Shown: positions 1 to 10,244, counted from the stretch's first letter. The stretch is 64,000 bases of DNA from Klebsiella pneumoniae (GCA_945897555.1 CAMDGF010000002.1:70926-134925), one strand, 5' to 3'. The notes: a model not told the origin generated them from the letters alone. A program made the numbers and translations.

Positions 1-1223
1 CAGGCGGCGGTATCTGGGAGACCTCCTACCATTTCTGGGTCAAGGCCTTTGCCCTGACTTTCGCTTTTGGCGTGGTGAGCGGTGTGACCATGTCGTTCCA
101 GTTCGGCACCAATTGGCCCGGCTTCATGGAGAAGGTCGGCTCGGTGGCAGGACCACTGCTCTCCTATGAGGTGCTCTCGGCCTTCTTTCTCGAAGCGACC
201 TTCCTCGGCATCATGCTGTGGGGGCAGAACCGGGTCTCACCGGGGATCTATCGCTTGTCGGTGTGGCTGGTGGCTGGCGGGACCACGCTCAGCCTGTTCT
301 GGATCCTGGTGCTCAACTCCTGGATGCACACGCCGGTGGGTTACGAGATCGTTGATGGCCGCGTGGTCGCCACCGACTGGCTGGCGATCATCTTCAACCC
401 ATCCATGCCCTACCGCACGGTGCACATGTTCCTTGCGTCGATGCTCACCGCAGCGTTCTTCGTGATGGGTGTCGCGGCATACCGGCACCTAAAAGGACAC
501 CGCGGCGAGGATGTGTCGCGCTCCCTCAAGCTCGGCGCGAGCCTGGCAGCGTTGATCATGCCGCTGCAGATCGTCGTCGGCGACATGCACGGCCTCAACA
601 CGCACGAGCACCAACCGGCCAAGATCGCTGCCATGGAGGGACTGTGGCAGACCGAGAAGGGCGTGCCGATGTTGCTGTTCGCGATTCCCGACGACAAGGC
701 CCGCACCAACCATTTCGAGGTGGCGATCCCGAATCTGGCGAGCCTCATCATCACCCACGAACTCGACGGCGAGATCAAGGGGCTCAACGAGTTCGAGGGC
801 GAACATCCTCCGGTTCTGCCGGTGTTCTGGGGCTTTCGCGTGATGGTCGGCACCGGCATGCTGATGCTGGCGCTCTCCTGGCTGTCGGTGTGGTATCTGC
901 GCCGTCGGGGTGAGTTGCCGGGCTGGTTGCTGCGCGTACTGGTGCCCTGCACGTTCATCGGCTGGGTGCCGACGCTGGCCGGTTGGTATGTGACCGAGAT
1001 CGGCCGCCAGCCATTCCTGGTGACGGGCGTGTTGCGCACCGCCGATGCGGTCTCGCAGGTGCCGGCCAGCGTGGTGGCCGGGTCGCTGGTGACCTACCTG
1101 GCGCTCTATGCGGTCTTGATCGTCATCTACGTGGCGACCTTGTTCTACATGGCTCGCAGTGGTGGCGGGCATCATGGCTACCACGCCACGCCTTTGGCTG
1201 GCGCCAAGCCGGCAACCGCCTGA
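1..1223 (+). CDS. cydA: cytochrome bd-type quinol oxidase subunit I (5' end outside window)
   Basis: The reading frame is open from nt 3. Upstream codons read GGGIWETSYHFWVKAFALTFAFG and run straight into ORF 72..1223. The FQFGTNW motif and TM-rich sequence are typical of CydA/CioA. The subunit II gene follows 9 nt later. Confidence 0.93.
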   Translation, partial: GGGIWETSYHFWVKAFALTFAFGVVSGVTMSFQFGTNWPGFMEKVGSVAGPLLSYEVLSAFFLEATFLGIMLWGQNRVSPGIYRLSVWLVAGGTTLSLFWILVLNSWMHTPVGYEIVDGRVVATDWLAIIFNPSMPYRTVHMFLASMLTAAFFVMGVAAYRHLKGHRGEDVSRSLKLGASLAALIMPLQIVVGDMHGLNTHEHQPAKIAAMEGLWQTEKGVPMLLFAIPDDKARTNHFEVAIPNLASLIITHELDGEIKGLNEFEGEHPPVLPVFWGFRVMVGTGMLMLALSWLSVWYLRRRGELPGWLLRVLVPCTFIGWVPTLAGWYVTEIGRQPFLVTGVLRTADAVSQVPASVVAGSLVTYLALYAVLIVIYVATLFYMARSGGGHHGYHATPLAGAKPATA

Positions 1224-1232
1224 GCCCTGGTC

Positions 1233-2240
1233 ATGGACGCGCTCTCGCACGAGCATCTGGTCCTGCTGTTCGGCGGGCTGATGGGTGTGGCCATCATGGC
1301 CTACGTGTTACTGGACGGCTATGACCTCGGTGTCGGGGTGTTGCTGTCGCGCGCCAAGGGACATGCCCGCGACGAGATGGTCAATGCCATCGCGCCGTTC
1401 TGGGACGCTAACGAGACCTGGCTGGTGCTCGGCGGAGGCATTCTGTTGGTGGCTTTTCCGCTCGCGCACGGCATCATCCTCAAAGAGCTCTACATCCCGG
1501 TGCTGGTGATGTTGGTCGGCCTGATACTGCGCGGCACTGCGTTCGAGTTGCGGGTCAAGTCGCCGCCGGAGCATCTCGAACAATGGAACACCCTGTTCAT
1601 TGTCGGCTCAGCCACTGCAGCTCTGGCTCAAGGGTTCATGTTGGGTCAGTTCGTGGTGGCTTTCCGGACCGACCCTTCGGCTCTTTTCTTCGCTTGTCTG
1701 GTGGCTCCTGCTCTGGTTGCAGGCTACGCTCTGCTGGGCGCAAGCTGGCTCCTGATCAAGACCGAAGGCGAGCTGCAGCGTCGAGCTGCTGCATGGGCCC
1801 AGACCGCCTTGTGGCTCACGGCGGCGGCCATGGCCGCAGTGTCGGTGGCGACCCCGCTGGTCAGTCCACGCATCCTCGAAAAGTGGCTGGCTCTGGATGC
1901 CGCACCATGGATGCTTGCGCTGGCCGTGTTGGTGGGCGCGGGGGTCGTAGGGTTGTCGCGCTGGCTGGCTCGCTTCGAACCGGCTCGTGATGACAGCCGC
2001 GCCTGGTTGCCGCTCGCAGTGACGGTGGGTCTGTTCTTGTTGTCCGGCGCAGGGCTCGCCTACAGCGCCTTTCCGTATCTGGTCATCGACCAGCTGACGC
2101 TGTGGGATGCTGCAGCCAGTGACGACACGCTGCGCATGATATTGCTGGGAGTGGTGATCATCCTGCCGCCGATCATCCTCTACAGCGCATTCTCCTACCG
2201 CATCTTCGGTGGCAAGACCACCCACCTCGAAGAGGCTTGA
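1233..2240 (+). CDS. cydB: cytochrome bd-type quinol oxidase subunit II
   Basis: 335-aa polytopic membrane protein directly after cydA. The N-terminus LLDGYDLGVG...FWDANETWLV is typical of CydB. Confidence 0.92.
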   Translation: MDALSHEHLVLLFGGLMGVAIMAYVLLDGYDLGVGVLLSRAKGHARDEMVNAIAPFWDANETWLVLGGGILLVAFPLAHGIILKELYIPVLVMLVGLILRGTAFELRVKSPPEHLEQWNTLFIVGSATAALAQGFMLGQFVVAFRTDPSALFFACLVAPALVAGYALLGASWLLIKTEGELQRRAAAWAQTALWLTAAAMAAVSVATPLVSPRILEKWLALDAAPWMLALAVLVGAGVVGLSRWLARFEPARDDSRAWLPLAVTVGLFLLSGAGLAYSAFPYLVIDQLTLWDAAASDDTLRMILLGVVIILPPIILYSAFSYRIFGGKTTHLEEA

Positions 2241-2245
2241 GCCAG

Positions 2246-2512
2246 TCAGTCGCGGGCTGGCTGGCGGTCGGAGCGTCGGGTGTCGTTGCCGTCGATCGCT
2301 TGGCCATCGGGGCCGGTGATCAACGAGGGCTGCAGGGCCTCTCGCTGTCGGACCTGCTCCTGTTGCTGCCGCATCTGCTGTTCGCGTTGCTGCTGCTGGA
2401 TGATGGCTTGCTGCTGGATGGTGGCTTCGAGTGCGCGCATGGCCGCATCGCCGCCGGCATAGACCGGGAGCGCGATGGCAAGGCCCGAGAGCAGGAAAAC
2501 GGCGTGACGCAT
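2246..2512 (-). CDS. small secreted glutamine-rich protein (hypothetical)
   Basis: Internal ATG of ORF 2246..2686, preceded by AGGAGG 8 nt upstream. It has a signal-peptide-like N-terminus (MRHAVFLLSGLAIALPVYAGG). The mature part is Q-rich (QQQAIIQQQQREQQMRQQQEQVRQ). The longer ORF was trimmed because it runs through tRNA-Ser. Confidence 0.6.
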   Translation of the reverse strand: MRHAVFLLSGLAIALPVYAGGDAAMRALEATIQQQAIIQQQQREQQMRQQQEQVRQREALQPSLITGPDGQAIDGNDTRRSDRQPARD

Positions 2513-2532
2513 CTTGCCTACCTCCTGTGGGT

Positions 2533-2558
2533 GGCACTCGGCAAGGCGGGCCGGTGCC
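2533..2558. terminator. GC-rich hairpin between tRNA-Ser and the small secreted-protein gene; T-rich tail on the + strand
   Basis: GGCAC-T-CGGC/AAGGCGG/GCCG-GTGCC gives a 9 bp stem with one bulge. On the + strand it is followed by TCTTTGAGACTTCTTTGC. It could terminate cydAB read-through or tRNA-Ser transcription. Confidence 0.4.
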
Positions 2559-2587
2559 TCTTTGAGACTTCTTTGCAGCAGACGCTG

Positions 2588-2680
<93 letters not shown>

Positions 2681-2817
2681 ATGCATCGCGGATGCCGCGC
2701 GATTGTAGCAGAGCGTCGCCGGGCGCCCGCCCTATAGCCGCTACGCTGTCTGTTTGGGGGATGATTGCCCTCGCCTTGATCGGATGACATCCATCGAAGC
2801 AGCAAGGGTGGAGGGCA

Positions 2818-3231
2818 TCAGCTGTTCAACTTTTTCCAGGCAAGGCCGAGTTGGGCAAGCAACTGTGCCTCGCTGAATGGCTTGACGAGGTACCCCGATA
2901 CGCCGGCCTGCAAGGCAGCCATCACGTTATCGGTAGAGCGAACACCGGTCACCATGATGAAGGGCAGCTTGGCGAATTTTTCGTTGCTGCGGACTTCTTT
3001 GAGCATCTCAAGACCGGTGTACTGCGGCATCTCCCAGTCCGATAGAACAACATCGACGGGCTCCCCCAGAGCGACGCACTTTTCCAAGAGAGCGATGGCG
3101 GAGGGCACCGTGTCCGCATCCAGCACATTCTTGTAATCGAGCCTGGCCAGCAGGCTCCGGATCAGGATGCGCATCGATGCGACGTCATCGATGATCAAGA
3201 ATCGGGTGTTGGGTGGTGGGGTCATGCTCAT
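2818..3231 (-). CDS. CheY-like single-domain response regulator
   Basis: 137 aa with the receiver residues: LIIDD, VVLSDWEMP (phospho-Asp), FIMVTG and YLVKPF. It is the last gene of the chemosensory operon. Confidence 0.9.
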   Translation of the reverse strand: MSMTPPPNTRFLIIDDVASMRILIRSLLARLDYKNVLDADTVPSAIALLEKCVALGEPVDVVLSDWEMPQYTGLEMLKEVRSNEKFAKLPFIMVTGVRSTDNVMAALQAGVSGYLVKPFSEAQLLAQLGLAWKKLNS

Positions 3232-3254
3232 CGCGGGGCGTCCGGTTTGGCTGG

Positions 3255-4892
3255 TCAGGAGAAGCGTGTGAAAGCCGACTCGTCCATATCCCCATCGCCA
3301 GCGCCCGAAGGCGTACCGGTGGTCTGCTGCCCCGACGGCTGTGTACCGGCAGAGTCAGCTTTGCGTTCGCGCGACCCACGCGACGACTTGCCGAGGTTGA
3401 AGAATCCGACCAAGCCTTGCAGTTGAGTCGCCTGTGCGCTGAGTTCCTGCGATGTCTTGGTGAGCTCCTCAGATGCCGACGCCGACGCATGTGTCGACCG
3501 TGCGACCTCGTGGATGGCTTTGCCGATCTCGCCAAGCCCCAACGATTGCTCGCGCGAGGCAGCTGAGATCTCTTGAACCAGATCGGCAGTCTTGCGACTG
3601 GCGGGCACCATCTCGTCGAGCAGATGACCGGCTCGCTCCGCCATCTCGACGCTGGTGGCGGCGACCTCGCCAATGTCTCGTGCGGCGATGCTCGAACGTT
3701 CGGCCAGCTTGCGGACCTCGGCGGCGACCACCGCGAAGCCCTTGCCATGGTCGCCAGCGCGCGCTGCTTCAATGGCTGCATTCAGCGCCAGCAGATTGGT
3801 CTGATAGGCGATGTCGTCGATGATGCCGATCTTTGCCGCGATCTGGCGCATGGCCGTCACCGTCTCTCTCACGGCTCCGCCCCCATCTTCAGCATCTTTC
3901 GACGAGCGCGAGGCGATCTCGTCGGTGATTCTCGCGTTCTCGGCGTTCTGAGTCACAGTGGCGGTGATCTCCTCGACAGCCGAACTGGTCCTCTCCACCG
4001 AGATGGTCTGCTCGTTGGAGTTGTCGTTCAGCGATTGTGCCGCCGCTGAGAGCTGTTCCGCTGCAGAGGCTACCGAATCCGCTGCGCTCCTGACTTCGGA
4101 CATCACGTCCTGCAGCTTGGCAGCCATCGCCTTGAGGCCCGCCTCCATACTGGTCGAATCACCGGCTTCGACTTCGATGTCTTTGGCAACGGTCAACTTG
4201 CCCTGGGCGATCTGACGTGCCAGATCAGCCATCCATTCCAGTTGCGCTATCAAGCGCCGCTCGATCGTTAGACCGAAGGCCGTGATGATGGCGAACAAGA
4301 CCACGCCGACCACTGCCAACTCAATCAGCGCATTGGATTTGGTCTCCAGTGCCATTTGGGTGGCTTCCTCTGCGATCTGGACGTTGTGGGCGATGTGGTC
4401 ATCCAGATTCTTTGCAAGCTTCTCGGTGAGCGGGACCGCGGAAGTCACGATGTCGAGCGCTTCTTTTCGCTCGTTCGCCCGCGAATGGGCCAGCGCCTCA
4501 TCCACCATCTTTTCGTATTGCTGCAGCAATTCGACGGACGTGTTGAGGTATGCGCGGTCTTGGTCGTTGGCGATCAGCGTTTCATATTTTTTGAGCGATT
4601 TGAGAAGGGTTTCTCTGGAATCTTTGATCATCTTCTCGATCTCGACGGTCGAACGTTCGTCCGTGTTGAGAATCTGTCGGTAGATCTCGAAGCGGTATTG
4701 CCCAAAGCTGCTCGCTGCCTTGTCGAGGGCCACGATGCTTGGCTGGGTGTTGACCGCCACATGGTTGGCCGAGGCAAAGACGCTCTCCATCTGCCATACG
4801 CCCCAGATGCCTACGATGAGGATCGAAGCAGCCGCGGCGGCAATCAAGAGGTAGATCCTTTTGGCCGCGCTTATCGATGTGGTGATGCTCAT
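3255..4892 (-). CDS. methyl-accepting chemotaxis protein (two TM helices, four-helix-bundle-type periplasmic domain, HAMP, signalling domain)
   Basis: Carries the highly conserved hairpin-tip sequence [40 protein letters not shown]1 is [21 protein letters not shown] and TM2 is [27 protein letters not shown] sits 7 nt upstream of the ATG. Confidence 0.95.
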   Translation of the reverse strand: MSITTSISAAKRIYLLIAAAAASILIVGIWGVWQMESVFASANHVAVNTQPSIVALDKAASSFGQYRFEIYRQILNTDERSTVEIEKMIKDSRETLLKSLKKYETLIANDQDRAYLNTSVELLQQYEKMVDEALAHSRANERKEALDIVTSAVPLTEKLAKNLDDHIAHNVQIAEEATQMALETKSNALIELAVVGVVLFAIITAFGLTIERRLIAQLEWMADLARQIAQGKLTVAKDIEVEAGDSTSMEAGLKAMAAKLQDVMSEVRSAADSVASAAEQLSAAAQSLNDNSNEQTISVERTSSAVEEITATVTQNAENARITDEIASRSSKDAEDGGGAVRETVTAMRQIAAKIGIIDDIAYQTNLLALNAAIEAARAGDHGKGFAVVAAEVRKLAERSSIAARDIGEVAATSVEMAERAGHLLDEMVPASRKTADLVQEISAASREQSLGLGEIGKAIHEVARSTHASASASEELTKTSQELSAQATQLQGLVGFFNLGKSSRGSRERKADSAGTQPSGQQTTGTPSGAGDGDMDESAFTRFS

Positions 4893-4958
4893 TGCGGTGC
4901 TCCTGAATAGGCTGAGTCTGGGGTTCTTAGCGTGCGGTTCGCAGATCGGGTGGGGGCA

Positions 4959-5549
4959 TCAAGCGGCCTCGAGGCCGGTCGGATCTGCGCTCGCGAACAT
5001 GGCGATCAGCGGTTCGAAATCGACAAGCACGATGACTTCGGAGTCCTCGACGTCAAAGGGATCCCGCGGGACACGACCGGTGCCCAAGAGGTAGGGCTCC
5101 GCAGAGATCGATCCGATGACTGGCGGGGGTGCGATCGTATCGGCAGCGATGTCCATGACCTCGTTCACCGAATCGACGATGAATCCGACGCGCCATTGTT
5201 CAGCGCTGCCGATGGCCTCAACGATCAGGATGCAGGTGCGCTTGCTGATGGCGCCGACTGGACGCTTGAGGCAGGAAGCCAGTTCTATCACTGGAACGGC
5301 CGTCTCGCGCAGATCGATGACGCCGCAAAACAAGGGCGGCAGACCGGGGACCGGGACCGGCGGCTGATACTCGATGATCTCGAGGATGGACAGGATGGGC
5401 ACTGCGAAACGCTCGGCACCCAACCTGAAGGTGAGGTATTGGCTGCCAGTGCCAAAATCGACGTCCTCAGCGTGTTCCACGGGGACGCCGGTGTCAGTGG
5501 CCCTTCTCAAGGATAGCCCTAGCCCCATACTTAAAGACGCTCCCCACAA
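4959..5549 (-). CDS. cheW: CheW-like coupling protein (start uncertain: TTG 5549 or ATG 5528)
   Basis: CheW-domain sequence YLTFRLGAERFAVPILSILEIIEY...GVIDLRETAVPVIEL. Confidence 0.85.
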   Translation of the reverse strand: MWGASLSMGLGLSLRRATDTGVPVEHAEDVDFGTGSQYLTFRLGAERFAVPILSILEIIEYQPPVPVPGLPPLFCGVIDLRETAVPVIELASCLKRPVGAISKRTCILIVEAIGSAEQWRVGFIVDSVNEVMDIAADTIAPPPVIGSISAEPYLLGTGRVPRDPFDVEDSEVIVLVDFEPLIAMFASADPTGLEAA

Positions 5550-5585
5550 CCCTGCGCTCGATCAGGACATGAGCGGGAGCCTAAC

Positions 5586-6692
5586 TTAAAGTTTAGAGAT
5601 CTCACCAGCGATTTCTTCGAGGTCGATCTCACGCTCCACTCCGCCCATTCGCATGGCTTCCTTCGGCATGCCGTAGACCACGCAGCTGTCTTCGTTCTGC
5701 CCGACGGTGCGGCCGCCGCTCTCGCGGATGCGCAGCAAGCCGGCTGCGCCGTCGTTGCCCATGCCGGTCATGATCACGCCGAACGAATTGGCTCCCGCAG
5801 CCAGTGCCACGGAGCGGAACATGAAATCCACCGAGGGTCGGTGGCGGTTGACGTAAGGCCCGTCGAGCACATCGACGTAGTAGCGCGTCTCGTCCCGTCT
5901 GACCGCGAGTTGCTTGCCGCCTCTGGCGATGATCGCCCGCCCACCCACCACGTCCATGCCGCTCACCGCTTCGACCACCTCGATGTCGCAGACATCATTG
6001 AGCCTTCTGGCGAAGGCTGCGGTGAAATGTTCGGGCATGTGCTGGACGATGACGAGACCGGGCACCGAGATGGGCAATCGGTGCAGCACCGACTCGAGCG
6101 CTTCGGTCCCGCCGGTCGAGGCGCCGATCGCCACGACCAGGCGAGACCCTGTGCCGATCGATTTGCGCACCGGCGCGGGCGGTACCAAGGGCCGATCGAC
6201 GATGTCTTTGGTATGGGTTGCAGGTGTCGACGTCGGTTGCAGGGGGGGCTGCGGCGTTGCGTCTGGCTGGCGGGGGCGGAAGCGCGCCTGCGATGCGGCC
6301 TTGACCTGGGTGACCAGATCCGCGCCGGCATCCTCAACGAAGTGGTTTCGTAGGTCTTTGGGTTTTCCGATGCATGCGATCGCTCCGACTCTGAGCGCTT
6401 CGAACGTCTCGGCGGCCCCTCGCTGCGACAGCGTCGAACAGATGACCACCGGCGTCGGCCGCTCGGCCATGATCTTGCGCAGGAAGGTCAGGCCATCCAT
6501 GCGCGGCATCTCGATGTCGAGGACTATCACATCGGGCCAATCACGCATCATCTTGTCAATGGCGAACAGGGGGTCCGGTGCCATGCCGATGACTTCGATG
6601 TCAGGGTCGCTGTCGAGGATCTTTTTCACCATCTCCCGCACAACGGCCGAATCATCAACGATGAAGGTCCGGATCTTCTTCATGAGCGCCAT
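5586..6692 (-). CDS. cheB: protein-glutamate methylesterase/deamidase CheB
   Basis: N-terminal receiver (FIVDDS, VIVLDIEMP), a P/T-rich linker, and a C-terminal methylesterase domain with VVAIGASTGGTEAL and VIVQHMPEHFT. Confidence 0.95.
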   Translation of the reverse strand: MALMKKIRTFIVDDSAVVREMVKKILDSDPDIEVIGMAPDPLFAIDKMMRDWPDVIVLDIEMPRMDGLTFLRKIMAERPTPVVICSTLSQRGAAETFEALRVGAIACIGKPKDLRNHFVEDAGADLVTQVKAASQARFRPRQPDATPQPPLQPTSTPATHTKDIVDRPLVPPAPVRKSIGTGSRLVVAIGASTGGTEALESVLHRLPISVPGLVIVQHMPEHFTAAFARRLNDVCDIEVVEAVSGMDVVGGRAIIARGGKQLAVRRDETRYYVDVLDGPYVNRHRPSVDFMFRSVALAAGANSFGVIMTGMGNDGAAGLLRIRESGGRTVGQNEDSCVVYGMPKEAMRMGGVEREIDLEEIAGEISKL

Positions 6693-7513
6693 CTGTAGAC
6701 CGAGGGCGCCACCAAGACGAGTTCGTCATCCATGTCGCGCAGGCTTTCGGAGTGGCTGATGATCAGCCAGCCGTCTGCATCGAGGTGATGGCACACCCTC
6801 CGCACGATCTCGTGCTTCTTCTCGGGTTTGAAATAGATGAGCATATTGCGCAAAAAAATGACGTTGAATTGACCGATGTCTGCGATCGGTGCTGCCAGGT
6901 TCATTCGCTCGAAGTTCACGCTCTGGCGCAACGAACGCTCAACGAGCAGCGTACCGTTGTATTGGCCAGTGCCGCGCAGACAGTAATCCCGCAGATACTG
7001 CTTCGGCATCATGTCGAGACGATCCATGCGGTAGTGGCCCGCTCGCGCCGCCTCGACTACGGATTGACTGATGTCGGTGCCAAAGATTTTCCAATCGAAG
7101 GCCTTGCCGAGCCGATCGGCGAGCACCATGGCGACGCTGTAGGCCTCTTCCCCGGTAGAGCAGGCGGCACTCCATACCCGCAGGGGTTTGCGGCTACGCA
7201 GGAACTCCGGCGCGATGCGGTCACGGAGCAGTTCGAAGTGCGCCGGTTCGCGAAAGAAATAAGTCTCGTTGGTCGTGAGCAGATCGACGAAACGCTGGCG
7301 TTCGGCAAGGTCCTTGCCTGATTCGAGAATCGCGCGGTAGGAACGGAAACTGTCCAGCTGCAGTTCGTTCAGACGCTTGCCAAGACGCGCCATGATCAGG
7401 GATCGACGGCTTTCGTCAAGATAGATGCCCGCCATCTCGCTGATCATTCGCTGGAAGGCCAGAAAGTCTCTTTCCGAAAGATTCTTCTCCCCGACAGCGG
7501 CCCGAATCAGCAC
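6680..7513 (-). CDS. cheR: chemotaxis protein methyltransferase CheR
   Basis: Contains TNETYFFREPAHFE and the SAM-binding sequence LRVWSAACSTGEEAYS. It overlaps cheB by 13 nt. Confidence 0.94.
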   Translation of the reverse strand: MLIRAAVGEKNLSERDFLAFQRMISEMAGIYLDESRRSLIMARLGKRLNELQLDSFRSYRAILESGKDLAERQRFVDLLTTNETYFFREPAHFELLRDRIAPEFLRSRKPLRVWSAACSTGEEAYSVAMVLADRLGKAFDWKIFGTDISQSVVEAARAGHYRMDRLDMMPKQYLRDYCLRGTGQYNGTLLVERSLRQSVNFERMNLAAPIADIGQFNVIFLRNMLIYFKPEKKHEIVRRVCHHLDADGWLIISHSESLRDMDDELVLVAPSVYRWRS

Positions 7514-8040
7514 TCACCCCCATTACCAAGGCTGCTCAGCGGCGCATTGACGCTCGCGAGTGATGCCATCTCATCGATCGACAGCACTCTTTCGATGTTC
7601 ACCAAGATAATGAATGAGCTGCCCAGTCGCGCCATGCCGGCGATGAACTCAGCGCGCATGCAAGCGCCGAATGCGGGTGCTGGTTCGATCTCGGAGCGAC
7701 CCACGTCGATGACTTCGCTGACACTGTCGACGACCATACCGACGTCTGCGTTCCCGCCCTCAAAGCCGATCTCAACCATGACGATGCAGGTGCGCTTTTG
7801 CGGTGGGGTGGGTTCTTTGCCGAGTCGCAGGGCCAGGTTGATGACGGGCACGACATGGCCGCGCAGGTTGATGACGCCTTCGATGAAGCGCGGCATCTGG
7901 GGGACGCTGGTCAGTTGTTTGTACTCGACGATCTCTTTGACGCACAGGATGTTGAGGCCGAAGGACTCCTCATTCAGGCTGAAAGTGAGGTACTGGCCCT
8001 GTTCTGCCAGAAATTCGCGGGCCTCTGCCTTCCGGTTCAC
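7507..8040 (-). CDS. cheW: CheW coupling protein
   Basis: 177 aa with QYLTFSLNEESFGLNILCVKEIVEY...GVINLRGHVVPVINL. The ATGA overlap with the cheA stop indicates translational coupling. Confidence 0.93.
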   Translation of the reverse strand: MNRKAEAREFLAEQGQYLTFSLNEESFGLNILCVKEIVEYKQLTSVPQMPRFIEGVINLRGHVVPVINLALRLGKEPTPPQKRTCIVMVEIGFEGGNADVGMVVDSVSEVIDVGRSEIEPAPAFGACMRAEFIAGMARLGSSFIILVNIERVLSIDEMASLASVNAPLSSLGNGGEC

Positions 8041-10244
8041 AGGGCCGACCTTTCGACCCGACCTGATTCGTACTGCTCGATACGGGCCGCGAGGTCGATG
8101 AGGGCCGGAACGTCCAGGATGAGCGCGACTTCGCCACTGCCGAGGATGGTCGAGCCCGATATGCCCCTGAGCGTCTCAAACAGGGGCCCAAGGGGTTTGA
8201 TGACGGTCTGGAAATCCCCGACCAGATCGTCCACCACCAATCCGGCTACACGGCCCCCGTAGTTGACCACGACGATGTTCTCGCGAAGTTCGGCTGCGTC
8301 CTCTTTTTCGAACACTTCTCGCAGGCGCACGAAAGGCAGCACTTTGCCGCGAAGATTGAGATAGTTACGGCCCGACGCGGTCTCGATGTCGTCGCGACGC
8401 AGTTCAAGGCACTCGACGATCATGTTGAGGGGGATGACGAACGCATCTCCGCCGACGTTCACCACAAAGCCATCGATGATGGCGAGGGTCAGCGGCAGGC
8501 GGATCCGGGTGATGGTGCCCACCCCGACCTCGCTTTCGATGTCGATGGTGCCGCGCAGGCTCAGGATGTTCTGTTTGACAACATCCATCCCGACACCGCG
8601 CCCGGAGATGTTGGTGATGGTGTCGGCAGTGGAAAAGCCGGGCTCGAAGATCAAGTTGTTGATTTCGCGAGAGGTCAACGCAGCGTTGGCGGTGATCAGT
8701 CCCCGCTCTACCGCCTTGGCACGGATCCTTTCGGGGTTGAGGCCGCCGCCATCGTCAGCGACCTCGATGACGATGCTGCCAGACTCGTGGTAAGCATGCA
8801 GTTGCAGGCGGCCGATCGGCGACTTGCCCGCGGCGATGCGCTTCTCACGCGTCTCCAGACCGTGGTCGAGCGAATTGCGGACCAGGTGGGTGAGCGGGTC
8901 GGAGATCTTCTCCACCACCGATTTATCAAGCTCGGTCTCGGCGCCGCTGATGTGCAACTCCACATCCTTGCCAAGTTCTGCACTGAGGTCGCGCACCACG
9001 CGCTGAAAGCGCGTGAAGGTGGCGCCGATCTGCACCATGCGCAGATTGAGGGCGGTGTCCCGCAGTGATTCGACGAGGCCGGTCACGTTCGACATGGCTT
9101 CACGCAATTCGGCGTTGCGGAGGCGTTGGGCGATGAGTGAACTGTAGGCACCCGCGATGACCAGCTCGCCGATCAGGTTGATGAGCTGATCGAGTTTGTC
9201 CGCCTCGACGCGCAAGAAGCGCGACTCTCCCGACCGGCCTTCTGTGGCTTTTGCACCCGGTGCACCCTTCTCCGTGCGTTCCGCGGCCACGGCGGCGTTG
9301 TCAGGCGAGGCCTCGACGGAGGGTGTCGATGCCGGTTCTTCGATCGGCCCGGCGGGTGCGGCCGTTGCGGTGGCGACCATCGGGTCAGGTTCTGCAACAG
9401 CTTGCTCGACAGCCGCTGCCTTGCCAGCGGGCGGAAAGCGTCGAGCCTCCGTGAGCCAGGCGGTAGAGCAGGGCTCGACAGTGACTTGGCACTGGTCTGC
9501 GATAAAGTCGAACACGCTGCGGATGGAGGCTTCGTCGACGCCACCGGACATCACCAGTTCCGTGGCGATGTAGCAGGTCTCGGGGTCGAAGTTGTCGGGC
9601 GAGCCCGGCTCGACGAGTTCGCTGCGGATCCAGTTCACCGTCCCTTTGGTCGCGAGAAAACGCATGAATGCGAGGGGGTCCATGCCCTCGCGCATCACGT
9701 TGGGGCCAAAGTGCACGCGCACGTGCCAGCCGTCCAACTCATACGCAGCGCTTTCGTCGCCGCTGGGTGCAGCACTGTCGGTGTTGTCGGTTGCAACGAG
9801 CGCATCGCTTGCGGTCGCAGCTTTGGCAGCGGCACGACGCGCCACCGCCTCGTCGCCGCCGACGAAAGACATCAGCGCCTCGATCAAGGCTTTTTCGTGT
9901 TCGGCCTCTTCGTTGCTGCGGGTGCCGGTGCCCAAGCCTTGAGCCACCAGCAAGCCCATGTGATCGGTGCAGCGTAGGATCAGCGTCACGAGGTCTGGGG
10001 TGACGGTGAGCTTTCCCTTGCGGGCATCGTCCATCACGCTTTCGACGTGATGGGTGAAAGCGACCACCCCCTCAAGTCCGAACATCCCGGCGGTGCCCTT
10101 GATCGTATGGGCGGCGCGGAAGATGGCGTTGATGAGGTCGCTGTTGCTGCCGTTGGCTTCGATCTCGAGCAGGCTGCGCTCCATCTCCGCGAGCATCTCG
10201 CGGGATTCCTCCTCGAAAGCGGCGAGTGCGGGATCTGTGCTCAT
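8037..10244 (-). CDS. cheA: chemotaxis histidine kinase CheA
   Basis: Hpt site AAHTIKGTAGMFG, a P2-like segment, and a dimerisation region. The kinase core has HLVRNSLDHGLE, EVADDGGGL and GRGVGMDVV. A C-terminal CheW-like domain is present. Confidence 0.96.
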   Translation of the reverse strand: MSTDPALAAFEEESREMLAEMERSLLEIEANGSNSDLINAIFRAAHTIKGTAGMFGLEGVVAFTHHVESVMDDARKGKLTVTPDLVTLILRCTDHMGLLVAQGLGTGTRSNEEAEHEKALIEALMSFVGGDEAVARRAAAKAATASDALVATDNTDSAAPSGDESAAYELDGWHVRVHFGPNVMREGMDPLAFMRFLATKGTVNWIRSELVEPGSPDNFDPETCYIATELVMSGGVDEASIRSVFDFIADQCQVTVEPCSTAWLTEARRFPPAGKAAAVEQAVAEPDPMVATATAAPAGPIEEPASTPSVEASPDNAAVAAERTEKGAPGAKATEGRSGESRFLRVEADKLDQLINLIGELVIAGAYSSLIAQRLRNAELREAMSNVTGLVESLRDTALNLRMVQIGATFTRFQRVVRDLSAELGKDVELHISGAETELDKSVVEKISDPLTHLVRNSLDHGLETREKRIAAGKSPIGRLQLHAYHESGSIVIEVADDGGGLNPERIRAKAVERGLITANAALTSREINNLIFEPGFSTADTITNISGRGVGMDVVKQNILSLRGTIDIESEVGVGTITRIRLPLTLAIIDGFVVNVGGDAFVIPLNMIVECLELRRDDIETASGRNYLNLRGKVLPFVRLREVFEKEDAAELRENIVVVNYGGRVAGLVVDDLVGDFQTVIKPLGPLFETLRGISGSTILGSGEVALILDVPALIDLAARIEQYESGRVERSAL

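Noticed and set aside
6242-6248. G7/C7 homopolymer inside the cheB linker as a possible phase-variation tract
   Set aside because: It encodes the Pro-Pro of a P-rich linker. Similar 6-7 nt G/C runs occur in housekeeping genes (phoR near 60575, the SPOR gene near 45640). The length is too short, and the sequence context is ordinary for this GC content.
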